DNA from: Alphaproteobacteria bacterium
GTDB taxonomy: Bacteria > Pseudomonadota > Alphaproteobacteria > SP197
Direction: 5' to 3'
Assembly: GCA_964291415.2 (NCBI GenBank)
Contig: OZ219920.1
Span: forward strand, 928,001-992,000
DNA: 64,000 nucleotides
Below the pieces are notes generated by a model. The model had not been told where the DNA came from. It did no database searches and saw only the letters and a program-made list of their open reading frames with translations. Both the position numbers and the translations under genes were made by a program. Below are positions 28,591-39,315 of the stretch, piece after piece (the stretch's first letter is position 1; each line of letters opens with the position of its first letter).

Positions 28591-29145
28591 ATGACGGCAC
28601 AGGACCCTGGCGTGGCGACCGCGGTTCTCCGGGTCCTGCGGCGCATTCTGGACGGCCTCTATCTGGCGGGCGGGCTGGTGGGGGCCGCGTTCCTGGTCGC
28701 GATCCTGGTCCTGGTGGTGGCGCAGATGGCGGCGCGCTGGACCGGTCTCGTGTTTCCCGGCGGGCCGGACTACGCCGGATACGCCATGGCCGGCGCGTCG
28801 TTCTTCGCGCTGGCCCATGCCCTCAACCGGGGCGCGCACATACGCGTGACGCTGGTGCTCGGCGCCCTGGGACGATGGCGGCGTCTTGCGGAAATCTGGT
28901 GTTACGGTGTCGCCACTGTCATCGCCGTCTTCTTTGCCCGCTACGCCGTCAAGACGAACATCTGGTCATACCGGCTGAACGATGTGAGCCAGGGGCAGGA
29001 CGCAACCCCGCTCTGGATCCCCCAGATCGCCATGTCCGCGGGCGCCTGTCTGCTCGCCCTGGCGCTGGCGGATCAGTTCGTCCGCGTGCTGCTGACCCGG
29101 CATGCCGGAGTCGAGGACCCCGAACCCGCCGACCGCGGAGGCTGA
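28591..29145 (+). CDS. dctQ: TRAP transporter small permease
   Basis: Four hydrophobic segments, GAHIRV and TPLWIPQ. Confidence 0.9.
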   Translation: MTAQDPGVATAVLRVLRRILDGLYLAGGLVGAAFLVAILVLVVAQMAARWTGLVFPGGPDYAGYAMAGASFFALAHALNRGAHIRVTLVLGALGRWRRLAEIWCYGVATVIAVFFARYAVKTNIWSYRLNDVSQGQDATPLWIPQIAMSAGACLLALALADQFVRVLLTRHAGVEDPEPADRGG

Positions 29146-29149
29146 CCCC

Positions 29150-30574
29150 GTGCTCGCCCCGGACCTTCCCCGACGCCTCATTGTCGCCGCCGCCGGCGCG
29201 CTGCTGGCGGGTGGAACCCTGGCGCTGGTGGTGGCAACGGGTGCCGACGACATCTGGCTGAAGACGGCCATCTTCCTCTTCGTGCTGTTCTTCCTGCTGG
29301 GATCCGGCGTCTGGATCGGGCTGGCGCTGATGGGCGTGGCCTACGTCGGCATGGTGGCCTTCACCGTTCGCCCGGCCGGCGATGCGATGATCACCACGAT
29401 CTGGACGTCGTCGTCGAGCTGGACGCTCACCGCGTTGCCATTGTTCATCTGGATGGGAGAAATCCTGTTCCGCACGCGCCTCAGCGAGGACATGTTCAAG
29501 GGCCTGGCACCCTGGATGGCGCGGCTTCCCGGCGGCCTGCTGCACACCAATGTCGTGGGCTGCACCATCTTTGCCGCGGTGTCCGGATCGTCGGCGGCAA
29601 CCCTGATGACGGTCGGCAAGATGGCGGTGCCGGAACTGAGGCGCCGCCGCTATCCGGAGTTCATGACCATCGGCAGTCTGGCCGGCTCGGCCACGCTGGG
29701 ACTGATGATTCCGCCCTCGCTGACGCTGATCGTCTACGGGGTCACCATCAATGAATCGATCTCCAAGCTCTTCATCGCTGGAATCGTGCCGGGCCTGGTG
29801 CTGGCGGCGATGTTCATGGGCTACATCGCAAGCTGGCACTTCCTGCGCCGCGACCAGCGGCCGGAACCGGAACCGGCAGTGGGATTCGCGGAGAAGCTCA
29901 AGAATGCCCGCTTTCTGATTCCCGTCGCCGGTCTGGTGCTGTCGGTGATCGGCTCGATGTATCTGGGCCTGGCCACGCCGACCGAAGCGGCCGCGATCGG
30001 GGTCATCGGCGCCCTCGCGCTCGCGGCAGCACAGGGGAGCCTCAGCTGGAAGACGTTTGCCCAGAGTCTCATGGGGGCTGTGCGCACGTCGGCGATGGTC
30101 GCTCTCATCCTGATGGGCGCGGCTTTCCTGTCGCTCAGCATGGGGTTCACCGGCCTGCCGCGGGCACTGGCCGAGTGGCTCGCAGGCCTTGAGCTCTCCG
30201 TGTACATGCTGATTGCGGCGCTGACGGTCTTCTACATCGTGATCGGGTGCTTCCTGGACGGCATTTCGGCGGTCGTGCTGACCATGGCGGTGGTCGAGCC
30301 GATGGTGAACATTCCGGCGTTCCAGGAGGTCGGGTTCTCGATGATCTGGTTCGGCATCTTCGTGACCGTCGTCATCGAGATGGCCCAGATCACCCCGCCG
30401 ATCGGGTTCAACCTGTTCGTGCTCCAGAGCATGACCGATCACCACATGGGTTACATTGCCAAGACCGCCCTGCCGATGTTCCTGATCATGGTGCTGATGG
30501 TGGCCGTGCTGGTGGCGTGGCCCGAACTGGCCACCTGGCTGCCGGACACCACGCGCCAGGTCCCGGGCGGATAA
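29150..30574 (+). CDS. dctM: TRAP transporter large permease
   Basis: ALPLFIWMG, FAAVSGSSAAT, LGLMIPPS, TPTEAA and ITPPIGFNLFV. Start uncertain (GTG 29150). Confidence 0.92.
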   Translation: MLAPDLPRRLIVAAAGALLAGGTLALVVATGADDIWLKTAIFLFVLFFLLGSGVWIGLALMGVAYVGMVAFTVRPAGDAMITTIWTSSSSWTLTALPLFIWMGEILFRTRLSEDMFKGLAPWMARLPGGLLHTNVVGCTIFAAVSGSSAATLMTVGKMAVPELRRRRYPEFMTIGSLAGSATLGLMIPPSLTLIVYGVTINESISKLFIAGIVPGLVLAAMFMGYIASWHFLRRDQRPEPEPAVGFAEKLKNARFLIPVAGLVLSVIGSMYLGLATPTEAAAIGVIGALALAAAQGSLSWKTFAQSLMGAVRTSAMVALILMGAAFLSLSMGFTGLPRALAEWLAGLELSVYMLIAALTVFYIVIGCFLDGISAVVLTMAVVEPMVNIPAFQEVGFSMIWFGIFVTVVIEMAQITPPIGFNLFVLQSMTDHHMGYIAKTALPMFLIMVLMVAVLVAWPELATWLPDTTRQVPGG

Positions 30575-30910
30575 CGGGTCGGCGCCGGTCGCAGGGTCGC
30601 TTCCTCCAGCAGGCGGCCTTGAACAATCCACCGGCAACCCTGTCTGGATGCAGGGCGGTGTGCCATCGCACGATGGAGCAGTTCCCATGCCTCCAGGCTG
30701 TCTCCTGGCCACCAGCGTTCTGACGGAAGCGGAGCGCCTCGTCGTGTCCGGGCGATTCGATCCCCCACGCGCCACACCGGTGTGTGACCGGAACTGTCTG
30801 CAGAGTGCATTCAGTCCCGGTTGCCGTCCTCGCCGGCGAGCGATTCTCGCGGCCTCATGCAACGCCGCTCACGGGCGAGACCGTGTGCCCTGGATGCCGG
30901 CAGCCGGTCA

Positions 30911-30943
30911 CCACCCCCGGCAGGGAACGGCTGCCGGGGGTGG
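30911..30943 (-). terminator. Stem-loop just downstream of the BMP gene, probable terminator of the purine operon
   Basis: CCACCCCCGGCAG-ggaacgg-CTGCCGGGGGTGG is a perfect 13-bp stem 7 nt after the stop at 30951, with no strong U-tract. Confidence 0.65.
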
Positions 30944-30950
30944 GCGGAAA

Positions 30951-32027
30951 CTACTGCGGCAACGTGGAGTCGATGCCCTCGACGTAGACGCTCATGCCGA
31001 GAAGCATGCCGTCGTCCGCAACCTCTCCATCGGCGACGAGGAGATTGCCTTCCTGGTCATGGATGGGACCGGTGAAGGGGTGGAGGGATCCTTCGGCGAT
31101 CGCGACACGGGCCGCTTCGGCCATCTCGACGACATCGGCAGGGATGGCCTCGTTGTAGGCGGAAAGCAACAGCATGTCGGCACCAAAACCGCCCCAGGTG
31201 TCCGAGGTGCCCCAGGAGCCGTCAAGGGCGGCCTGAACCCGTCTGACGTAGTAGGCGGCCCAGTTGTTGACGACCGACACGAGGTGGGCATCGGACCCGA
31301 AGGCGGTCATGTCCGACGCCTGGCCGACGGCCCACACGCCGCGATCCTGTGCCACCTGCAGGGCAGCGGGCGAATCCGTGTGCTGCATGATGACATCCGC
31401 ACCCTGATCGATCAGCGCCTTGGCGGCATCCCCTTCCTTGCCCGGATCGAACCAGGTCGACACCCAGACGATCTTGAATGATACATCGGGGTTGACCGAC
31501 CGGGCGGCGAGGAAGGCCGAATTGATGCCGCGGACCACCTCCGGAATGGGGAAGGAGGCGATGTAACCGATCACGTTGCTCTCGGTCACGCTGCCGGCCA
31601 CCAGCCCGGCAACATGCCGGCCCTCGTAGAACCGTGCCGAGTAGGTCGCCACGTTGTCAGCCTGCTTGTAGCCGGTGGCATGCTCGAATCGCACATCCGG
31701 ATACATCTCGGCGACGCGGATGGTCGGATTCATGTAGCCGAACGACGTGGTGAAGATGAGACCGTGCCCGGTTTCGGCCAACTGGGCGATCACCCTGTCG
31801 GCGTCGGCGCCTTCCGGCACATTCTCGACGTAGCTGGTCTCGACCTGATCGCCGAACGCCTCCTCGACGGCAAGCCGCCCCTGGTCGTGCTGGTAGGTCC
31901 ATCCGTGGTCGCCGATCGGGCCGACGTAGACGAATCCCACCTTGAGAGGCTCAGCCTGGGCTGGAGCCGCAAGAAGGCCTGCAGCCAGCAAACTTGCGGC
32001 GATGGCCCGGATCACTGTGTTCAACAT
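30951..32027 (-). CDS. BMP-family purine/nucleoside ABC substrate-binding protein
   Basis: VGFVYVGPIGDHGW, IFTTSFGYM, FEHATGYK, FPIPEVVRGIN and WFDPGKE. Confidence 0.93.
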   Translation of the reverse strand: MLNTVIRAIAASLLAAGLLAAPAQAEPLKVGFVYVGPIGDHGWTYQHDQGRLAVEEAFGDQVETSYVENVPEGADADRVIAQLAETGHGLIFTTSFGYMNPTIRVAEMYPDVRFEHATGYKQADNVATYSARFYEGRHVAGLVAGSVTESNVIGYIASFPIPEVVRGINSAFLAARSVNPDVSFKIVWVSTWFDPGKEGDAAKALIDQGADVIMQHTDSPAALQVAQDRGVWAVGQASDMTAFGSDAHLVSVVNNWAAYYVRRVQAALDGSWGTSDTWGGFGADMLLLSAYNEAIPADVVEMAEAARVAIAEGSLHPFTGPIHDQEGNLLVADGEVADDGMLLGMSVYVEGIDSTLPQ

Positions 32028-32080
32028 TCGCTTCTCCCCTTCATCAGGTCGCTCATCTCACGACCTGGTCTTTGCCGGTC

Positions 32081-33007
32081 CTACCCCGTGGCATGGAAAC
32101 TCCTGCCCAGGCACGCCGGAGCATTGAAACGCATCCTGACATCATCACGCGATATCAGGACCAGCACAACAATGGTGGCGATGTAGGGCAGCATGGACAG
32201 GATCTGTGACGGGATGGCAACCCCCAGACCCTGGGCATGAAGCTGGATGATAGTGATGCCTCCGAAGAGATAGGCGCCGAAGAAGGCCCGCCATGGTCGC
32301 CACGAGGCGAAGACGACCAGTGCCAGGGCGATCCAGCCCCGCCCCGCCGTCATGTTCTCGATCCACAGTGGCGTGTAGGCAAGGGACAGGCAGGCACCGC
32401 CCAGGCCGGCCATGACGCCACCGAAGAGAACCGCCATCAGTCGGATCATGATGACCGGGTAGCCGATGGAGTGCGCCGCGTCGTGGTTTTCGCCGACAGC
32501 CCGCAAGGCGAGTCCCGCCCGGGTGCGCTTGAGGAACCAGGCGACCCCGACAACCGAGACAACGGAGAGGTAGACCAGCGCGTCGTGCCCGAAGAGAAGC
32601 GGACCAATGAACGGCAGGTCGGTGATGCCGGGAATGTCAAGCTTCGGCAGTCCGGCGAACGTGACTCCGACAAACCGGTGCCCGACAAGGGCGCTCAGGC
32701 CGATTCCGAAGATGGTGAGCGCCAGGCCCGTGGCCACCTGGTTGGAGAGGAGCCACAGGGTAAGGCCTCCGAAAATGAACGCCATCAGGGCTCCCGACGC
32801 CGCGCCGGCCAGCACGGCGAGAACCGGATCTCCGGTCACGATACCGGTGGCGAAGGCGCCGATGGCGCCCACGATCATCATGCCCTCGACCCCGAGATTG
32901 AGGACACCGGATTTCTCGGCAACGATCTCGCCCACGGCGGCGAAGACCAGAGGTGTCGATGCCGTGATGATCGTCATGAGGGCGGCCACGAGGAAGTCGA
33001 TGGTCAT
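32081..33007 (-). CDS. Nucleoside/purine ABC permease (CUT2 type)
   Basis: EKSGVLNLGVEGMM, NQVATGLA, LRAVGEN and AGRGWIALALVVF. Confidence 0.93.
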   Translation of the reverse strand: MTIDFLVAALMTIITASTPLVFAAVGEIVAEKSGVLNLGVEGMMIVGAIGAFATGIVTGDPVLAVLAGAASGALMAFIFGGLTLWLLSNQVATGLALTIFGIGLSALVGHRFVGVTFAGLPKLDIPGITDLPFIGPLLFGHDALVYLSVVSVVGVAWFLKRTRAGLALRAVGENHDAAHSIGYPVIMIRLMAVLFGGVMAGLGGACLSLAYTPLWIENMTAGRGWIALALVVFASWRPWRAFFGAYLFGGITIIQLHAQGLGVAIPSQILSMLPYIATIVVLVLISRDDVRMRFNAPACLGRSFHATG

Positions 33008-33029
33008 GGGTCCTGGTGCACTCTCGGAA

Positions 33030-34088
33030 TCATGGGACGAAGCGGATGCGATAGCGGATGAGAATGTCGCTCGCCAGCAGGAAGAAGAGCAGCATGCCCT
33101 GGAAGACCCCGGTCACCGCATTGGGGAGATTCATCGTGATCTGCGCATACTCTCCGCCGAGGTAGGTGAGCGCCATGAGAAGTCCGGCGAAAACGACTCC
33201 GACGGGATGCAGGCGGCCGAGGAAGGCGACGATGATGGCGGTGAATCCGTAGCCCGGCGAGACGACCGGCACGATCTGGCCGATCGGTCCCGCCACCTCC
33301 ATGACGCCGGCAAGTCCGGCGGCGCCACCCCCTGCCAGCAGCGTTATCCACGTGATCCGCGTGCGGCTGAAGCCCGCGAAGGAAGCGGCGGCCGGGGCAA
33401 GGCCGACGACACGGATCTGGAATCCGATGATGTGCCGGGCGAGCAGGATCCAGGCGGTTGCGGCAATGGCGAGGGCGATCGGCCAGCCGATGTGAAGCCG
33501 GGTCCCTTCAAGCAGTACCGGCAGCCTGGCGGAGTCGTGGAAGAGACGCGATTCCGGGAAGTTGAACCCGTCCGGGTCCCGCCACGGACCGTGGATGAGA
33601 TAGCTCAGGAGGAGGATGGCGACATAGACGAGCATCAGGCTCGTCAGGATTTCGTTGGTGTTGAAACGGGTCTTGAGGAAAGCCGGAATGGCGGCCCAGG
33701 CCATGCCGCCGGCGATACCGGCCACAAACATGAGAGGAAGAAGCAGGGGCGACTCGTGGCCGTAGAGGGCAAGGGCAAGTCCGCCGCCGGCCAACGCTCC
33801 GAGGGTCAGCTGTCCCTCGGCGCCGATGTTCCAGACATTGGCCCTGAATCCCATGGACAGACCCAGCGCGATGAGAACGAGAGGGGTGGCCTTGACCATG
33901 AGCTCGGCCACTCCCCGCTCGGAGGACAGCGGCTGGATGAAGAATGCCTGAAGCGCGCGCACCGGGTCCGTGCCCAGGGATGCGAACATGAGGAGGCTGG
34001 CGGCCAGCGTCAGCACCACGGCGATTGCGGGCGATCCCAGCACCATGGCGCGTGATGCCGCACCCCTCGCCTCGAAGCGCAGGGCCAT
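33030..34088 (-). CDS. Nucleoside/purine ABC permease (CUT2 type)
   Basis: WNIGAEGQ, NEILTSLML and GYGFTAIIVAFLGRLHP. Confidence 0.93.
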   Translation of the reverse strand: MALRFEARGAASRAMVLGSPAIAVVLTLAASLLMFASLGTDPVRALQAFFIQPLSSERGVAELMVKATPLVLIALGLSMGFRANVWNIGAEGQLTLGALAGGGLALALYGHESPLLLPLMFVAGIAGGMAWAAIPAFLKTRFNTNEILTSLMLVYVAILLLSYLIHGPWRDPDGFNFPESRLFHDSARLPVLLEGTRLHIGWPIALAIAATAWILLARHIIGFQIRVVGLAPAAASFAGFSRTRITWITLLAGGGAAGLAGVMEVAGPIGQIVPVVSPGYGFTAIIVAFLGRLHPVGVVFAGLLMALTYLGGEYAQITMNLPNAVTGVFQGMLLFFLLASDILIRYRIRFVP

Positions 34089-35590
34089 CACGAGCCCGCC
34101 ATCAGCAGACCGATCCGGCTGGCCGTGGCGTCCGCGGTCTTCATGGGCGCAGACAGCCGGCCTTGGCTGATCACGCACAGGCGGTCGGAAATCTCCATGA
34201 GTTCCTCAAGGTCCTGGGAGATGACCAGCACCGCCGCGCCATTCGCGGCAAGGTCGATGAGCGCCTGGCGAACCGCTGCCGCGGAGCCCGCGTCGACGCC
34301 CCAGGTGGGTTGCAGGGCAATGATGATTCCCGGGTTGTGCGAGATTTCCCTGCCGATGATGAACTTCTGGAGATTGCCGCCGGAAAGGCTCGATGCCGGC
34401 TGCATCACGCCAGGTGTCCTGACATCAAAATCCCTCACCACGGCACTCGCGAAGGCGCGGGCGCGGGCGCTTCTGATGATCCCCCGGTTCACGAGACTTG
34501 ATGTCGCGGCTCCCGAGAGCAGGGCGTTCTCCCACAGCGTCATCTGAGGGACCGCGCCGTGCCCCAGGCGTTCCTCCGGAACGAAGACCATGCCCGCGGC
34601 ACGCCGCCTGTTGGGTCCGGATGTGCCCACCGGTGTGCTGTCCGCCACGATGGCATGATCGTCGGCCAGAGGCGTTTCTCCCGACAGGGCGTCCATGAGT
34701 TCCTGCTGTCCGTTGCCGGCGATGCCGGCAATTCCCAGGACTTCGCCGGCCAGAACCTCGAAGGAGATGTCCTCCAGCGGCGTTCCGTGGAGACGGGACG
34801 ACGCAAGGGAAAGGTGTTTTACCTCCAGACGCGGAGATGCGCTTCCCGCCACGGACGTGCGCCGCGGAAGGGTCAGGTCCGAGCCGATCATGAGTTCGGC
34901 AAGTTCGTGAGCCGAGCGGGTGGCGGGGTCGCACTCGGCAACCACGCGACCGCCCCTCATGATCGTCGCCTTGTGACACAGGTCCCGGATCTCCTCGAGT
35001 TTGTGACTGATGTAGAGAATCGAGACCCCGTCGTCGGAAAGCCGGCGCAGGGTGGCAAAGAGACCCTCGACCTCCTGGGGTGTGAGCACGGATGTCGGTT
35101 CATCCATGATGAGAAGGCGTGGCTCCTGCAGAAGGCAGCGAACCACTTCGATACGCTGGCGTTCCCCCACCGAGAGTGCGTGAACGTGACGCCCGGGATC
35201 GAGAGGCAGGCCATAGCGTCGTGACACGTCGTGAATGCGTTCCTCGAGCCCCGATCGGGCGAAGGACCGTGGCAGGCCCAGGGCGATGTTCTCGGTCACC
35301 GTCATGGCGTCAAACAGGGAGAAGTGCTGGAACACCATGGCGATGCCGAGCCGACGCGCCGCCTTCGGATTGGCAATCCGCCGAGGCCTGCCTTCCCAGA
35401 AGAGGGTTCCGCTGTCTGCCGACTGCACCCCGTAGATGAACTTGACCAGGGTGGACTTGCCGGCGCCATTCTCGCCAAGAAGTGCATGTATCTCACCGGC
35501 TTCGACAGCGATACTCACATCGTCGTTGGCAACGACGCCGGGATAGCGGCGGGTGACGCCCTCAAGGCGGAGTCGGGGTTCTGTGTTCAC
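34088..35590 (-). CDS. Nucleoside/purine ABC ATPase (two ABC domains)
   Basis: GENGAGKST, LSVGERQR, MDEPTSVLTPQE, YISHKL, LSGGNLQK and QPTWGVD. Confidence 0.95.
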   Translation of the reverse strand: MNTEPRLRLEGVTRRYPGVVANDDVSIAVEAGEIHALLGENGAGKSTLVKFIYGVQSADSGTLFWEGRPRRIANPKAARRLGIAMVFQHFSLFDAMTVTENIALGLPRSFARSGLEERIHDVSRRYGLPLDPGRHVHALSVGERQRIEVVRCLLQEPRLLIMDEPTSVLTPQEVEGLFATLRRLSDDGVSILYISHKLEEIRDLCHKATIMRGGRVVAECDPATRSAHELAELMIGSDLTLPRRTSVAGSASPRLEVKHLSLASSRLHGTPLEDISFEVLAGEVLGIAGIAGNGQQELMDALSGETPLADDHAIVADSTPVGTSGPNRRRAAGMVFVPEERLGHGAVPQMTLWENALLSGAATSSLVNRGIIRSARARAFASAVVRDFDVRTPGVMQPASSLSGGNLQKFIIGREISHNPGIIIALQPTWGVDAGSAAAVRQALIDLAANGAAVLVISQDLEELMEISDRLCVISQGRLSAPMKTADATASRIGLLMAGS

Positions 35591-37899
35591 CGGCAGGAGT
35601 CGCGGGCGAGAATGTCGTCAACCGCCATGAGGATGGCCTCCGGTGTCGCCGGAGCGTCGAGGCGTGGCAGATGACGGTATCCGCCAAGGCGCGCGACGGC
35701 ATCGCGGATGGCGAGCCACACCGAAATGGCCAGGAGAAGAGGCGGTTCGCCGACCGCCTTCGAGCGGTAGATGGTCGGCACCGGATTGGGCATGTCGGGA
35801 AGGATGTGGACACTGAATTCCGGCGCCACGTCGCGGCTTCCGGGAATCTTGTAGGTCATGGGGCCATGGGTCAGAAGGTGTCCGTCGGCATCCCACACCA
35901 GCTCCTCGGAGGTCAGCCAGCCCTGTCCCTGCACAAAGCCCCCCTCGATCTGTCCGATGTCGATGGCGGGATTGAGCGATGCGCCGCAGTCCTGGAGGAT
36001 GTCGGTCTTCAGGACCCGCGATTCACCGGTCAGGGTGTCGATCACCACGACCGCAATGGCGGCGCCAAACGTGTAGTAGTGTGCGGGATGACCCGTCATG
36101 GTGTCGGCGTCCCAGGTGATGCCCGGCGTGGCGTAGTAGCCGGTGGCCGACAGGGACACCCGCTCGTCCCAGGAAAGCTCCGCGAGACGGGCGAAGGAGA
36201 GGCTCTCGTTGCCGGCGTAGACGCGCCCGTGGCGGAATTCGATGGTGTCGACCGCTGCATCCAGCGCCCGCGCGGCCACATCCGCCATGCGGGCCCTGAT
36301 TGCCGTGGCGGCATTGAAGGCCGCCATGCCGTTGAGGTCCGATCCCGAGGAGGCAGCGGTGGCCACCGTGTTGGGGACCTTGTCGGTGCGCGTGGCCGAA
36401 ACCCTGACGTCTGCCAGGGCGATTCCGAAGACCGAGGCGACCACCTGGGCAACCTTGATGAAAAGACCCTGTCCCATCTCGGTGCCGCCATGGTTGAGAT
36501 GGACGCTTCCGTCCGTATAGACATGGACGAGGGCACCAGCCTGGTTGAGCTTCGGCACGTTGAACGAGATGCCGAACTTCGCCGGCATCATCGCGATCCC
36601 CTTCTTCAACGTCCGGTTGGCGGCATTGAAACGCTCGATGTCCCGGCGGGCTCCCTCCCAGTCTGCGGCACTGCGCAGCCGGCTGACGATGGTGCCGATG
36701 AGGTTGTGGGAGACCTGCTGGCCATAGGGTGTCGTGTTGCGGTCTTCAGTCCCGTACCAGTTGGCGCTGCGCACGTCGTCGACGTCGAGACCGAGATGGC
36801 GGGCCACATGCTCGACGACCGTTTCGATGGCGAGCATGCCCTGGGGACCACCGAACCCGCGGAATGCCGTGTTGGACACCGTGTTGGTCCGGCAGGGATA
36901 GCCACGCACGGTGATGTTCGGCAGAAAGTAGCAGTTGTCGACATGGCACATGGCGCGGGTGAGAACCGACGCGCTCAGATCGGCGACATTGCCTGCCCTC
37001 AGCGCGATCATGATGTCGACGCCTTCGATCCTGCCCCTGGAATCGAACCCCGCCGTGTAGCGGATGAGACCGTCATGGCGCTTGCCGGTGACGATCATGT
37101 CGGCATCCCTTCTCAGCCGCAGCTTCGCCGGCCGTCCGGTCTTCGCGGCCACGAGCGCGGCGATTGCGGCGATGATCGACCCCTGGCTCTCCTTGCCGCC
37201 GAAGGCGCCGCCCATCCGCCGTACCTCGACCGTGACGGACGAGAGCGGGATGCCGAGAACCGTCGCCACGGCGTGCTGGACTTCCGTTGGATGCTGCGTG
37301 GAACTGAAGACCTCGAGGTCGCCGTTGTCGCGCGGCACCGCAAGGGCGATGTGGCTTTCGAGATAGAAGTGATCCTGGCCGCCGCAACGAACCTCGCCGC
37401 TGATCCGGTGCCGCGCTTCGGCAATCGCCGCCTCGGAATCACCGCTCTTCATGGTCTGTGGAGGTGATGTATAGGCCTCGTGCCTGAGAGCCTCGTCGAT
37501 GGTGAGGAGAGCGGGACGAGGCGACCATGCGACCTCGACAAGGCCGGCTGCCGTGAAGGCCTCATCGAAGGTCGTGGCGGCCACGGCGGCCACGGGCGCT
37601 CCGGCATAGTCCGCCACGCCGCAGGCGAGCGCCGGTTCACCGTCGGTGATCGGGCCGATGTCGTTGGCCCCGGGAATGTCGGCGGCCGTCAGGACGGCGT
37701 GGACACCGGGCGAGGCGCGCGCCGGCGCCGGGTCGATGCCGACGATTTCGGCGTGGGCGTGGGGAGAGGTCACGAGAACCACCTCGAGGGTGCCCGGAAG
37801 CTCCGGCATGTCATCGATGAATCGCGCCCGGCCGGTGACGTGCTCCAGGGCGCTGTCGTGCGCGGCCCTGGCAAACACCGCTGCATCCGGGGCATTCAT
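35587..37899 (-). CDS. xdhB: Xanthine dehydrogenase molybdopterin-binding subunit
   Basis: HDSA..HVTG, QDHFYLE, RRMGGAFGGKESQ, SNTAFRGFGGPQG, HGGTEMGQG, TAASSGSD and SKAVGEPP. Confidence 0.96.
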   Translation of the reverse strand: MNAPDAAVFARAAHDSALEHVTGRARFIDDMPELPGTLEVVLVTSPHAHAEIVGIDPAPARASPGVHAVLTAADIPGANDIGPITDGEPALACGVADYAGAPVAAVAATTFDEAFTAAGLVEVAWSPRPALLTIDEALRHEAYTSPPQTMKSGDSEAAIAEARHRISGEVRCGGQDHFYLESHIALAVPRDNGDLEVFSSTQHPTEVQHAVATVLGIPLSSVTVEVRRMGGAFGGKESQGSIIAAIAALVAAKTGRPAKLRLRRDADMIVTGKRHDGLIRYTAGFDSRGRIEGVDIMIALRAGNVADLSASVLTRAMCHVDNCYFLPNITVRGYPCRTNTVSNTAFRGFGGPQGMLAIETVVEHVARHLGLDVDDVRSANWYGTEDRNTTPYGQQVSHNLIGTIVSRLRSAADWEGARRDIERFNAANRTLKKGIAMMPAKFGISFNVPKLNQAGALVHVYTDGSVHLNHGGTEMGQGLFIKVAQVVASVFGIALADVRVSATRTDKVPNTVATAASSGSDLNGMAAFNAATAIRARMADVAARALDAAVDTIEFRHGRVYAGNESLSFARLAELSWDERVSLSATGYYATPGITWDADTMTGHPAHYYTFGAAIAVVVIDTLTGESRVLKTDILQDCGASLNPAIDIGQIEGGFVQGQGWLTSEELVWDADGHLLTHGPMTYKIPGSRDVAPEFSVHILPDMPNPVPTIYRSKAVGEPPLLLAISVWLAIRDAVARLGGYRHLPRLDAPATPEAILMAVDDILARDSCR

Positions 37900-39296
37900 G
37901 CCTGGTTCACCTGGATGGCCGACTCTCCGGTGACGTCTCGATAGAGACGGATGAGGAGATTGGCGGCGACCTTGAGGCGGTAGGCCGCGCTGGCCCGCTG
38001 ATCGTCGATGGGCGTGAAATCGCGCGCGATGGCGCACCCGGCGTTCCTGACGGTGTCCTCCGACCATGCCTGCCCGGTCAGAAGACGCTCGGTTTCGAGT
38101 GCCCGGGCCGGTACCGCCGCCATGCCGCCGAAAGCGATGCGCATGTCCACGATGCGGTCATCGCAAAGAACGACACGGAAGGCGCCGATCACTGCCGAGA
38201 TGTCCTGATCATGGCGCTTCGAGATCTTCCAGGCGCGAAAGACGCTTCCATCGGCAGGCCTCGGGATCCTGATCCTGGTGATGACCTCTGCATCGCCAAG
38301 CACCGTGCGGCGGTAGGCACGAAAGAACTCCTCCAGAGGCAACCGGCGTTCGCCATCCGGTCCGGCGAGGTCCAGTTCCGCACCCAGCGCCATGAGGCAG
38401 GGTGCCAGATCGCCGACCGGTGAGGCGTTGGCGAGATTGCCGGCCACGGTGGCGGCATTGCGGATCTGCCGCGATCCGAAGCGGCGCATGATGGCGCCCA
38501 GCGCGGGCCATGCCTCCTCGCATGTCGGCAGGGCTTCCGCGACCGTCACTGCAGCGCCGATGCGGAGCTCATCGGCCGTTTCCCTCATGAGGCGCAACTC
38601 CCTGACATGAGAAGTGGAAATGGTAACCGCGGCGTGACGACGTTCCTTGCTGAACTGCAGGCCGACGTCCGTGCCGCCGGCGAGCAGCAAGGCGCCTGGA
38701 TGGGACCGTCTGAGGGAGAGCAGTCCGTCAAGGGTCTCCGGTGCGAGCCACAGGGCATCCCCGGTTGCCAGCGATTCCTGCGGTGCCGGCGCCGCCCTGC
38801 CAGGAGTCTCCCGGTCCGGCGGAGCACTCCTGCACGCCTGGCGTGCCGCCTCGACGATCGGGCGATAGCCTGTGCAGCGGCAGAGATTGCCGGCAAGGGC
38901 CTCGTGAATGGCTTCATCGTCCGGATTTCCGCCCTCCTGGCGCAACGCCCAGAGTGCCATGACAAAGCCTGGAGTGCAGAATCCGCACTGGCTTGCATGA
39001 CTGGAGATCATGGCCTGCTGGACGGGATCGGGAGCCTCATCCCTGCCGGACAGTCCCTCGACCGTCACGAGACTGGCGCCGTCGAGCTGACCCAGGGTGT
39101 AGAGGCAGGCATTGATGGCCTCGGGCCGGGTGCTGCCGTGGCGCACCATGACAACGCTACAGGCGCCGCAGTCCCCTTCCGCGCATCCTTCCTTGGTGCC
39201 CCTGAGGCCGGCTTCGCCGCGCAGGTAGTCCAGCACCGTCATCGTCGGCATGACGGACTGAGCCACGTGCTCGGTGCCGTTCAGAAGGAAGCGCAC
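37896..39296 (-). CDS. xdhA: Xanthine dehydrogenase small subunit (2x[2Fe-2S]/FAD)
   Basis: GTKEGCAEGDCGAC, SQCGFCTPG, GNLCRCTGY, AGGTD, NASPVGD and KISKRHDQDIS. Start at GTG 39296 or ATG 39335. Confidence 0.96.
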   Translation of the reverse strand: MRFLLNGTEHVAQSVMPTMTVLDYLRGEAGLRGTKEGCAEGDCGACSVVMVRHGSTRPEAINACLYTLGQLDGASLVTVEGLSGRDEAPDPVQQAMISSHASQCGFCTPGFVMALWALRQEGGNPDDEAIHEALAGNLCRCTGYRPIVEAARQACRSAPPDRETPGRAAPAPQESLATGDALWLAPETLDGLLSLRRSHPGALLLAGGTDVGLQFSKERRHAAVTISTSHVRELRLMRETADELRIGAAVTVAEALPTCEEAWPALGAIMRRFGSRQIRNAATVAGNLANASPVGDLAPCLMALGAELDLAGPDGERRLPLEEFFRAYRRTVLGDAEVITRIRIPRPADGSVFRAWKISKRHDQDISAVIGAFRVVLCDDRIVDMRIAFGGMAAVPARALETERLLTGQAWSEDTVRNAGCAIARDFTPIDDQRASAAYRLKVAANLLIRLYRDVTGESAIQVNQA

Positions 39297-39315
39297 GCCT
39301 GTCTCCCGGCCGGGG

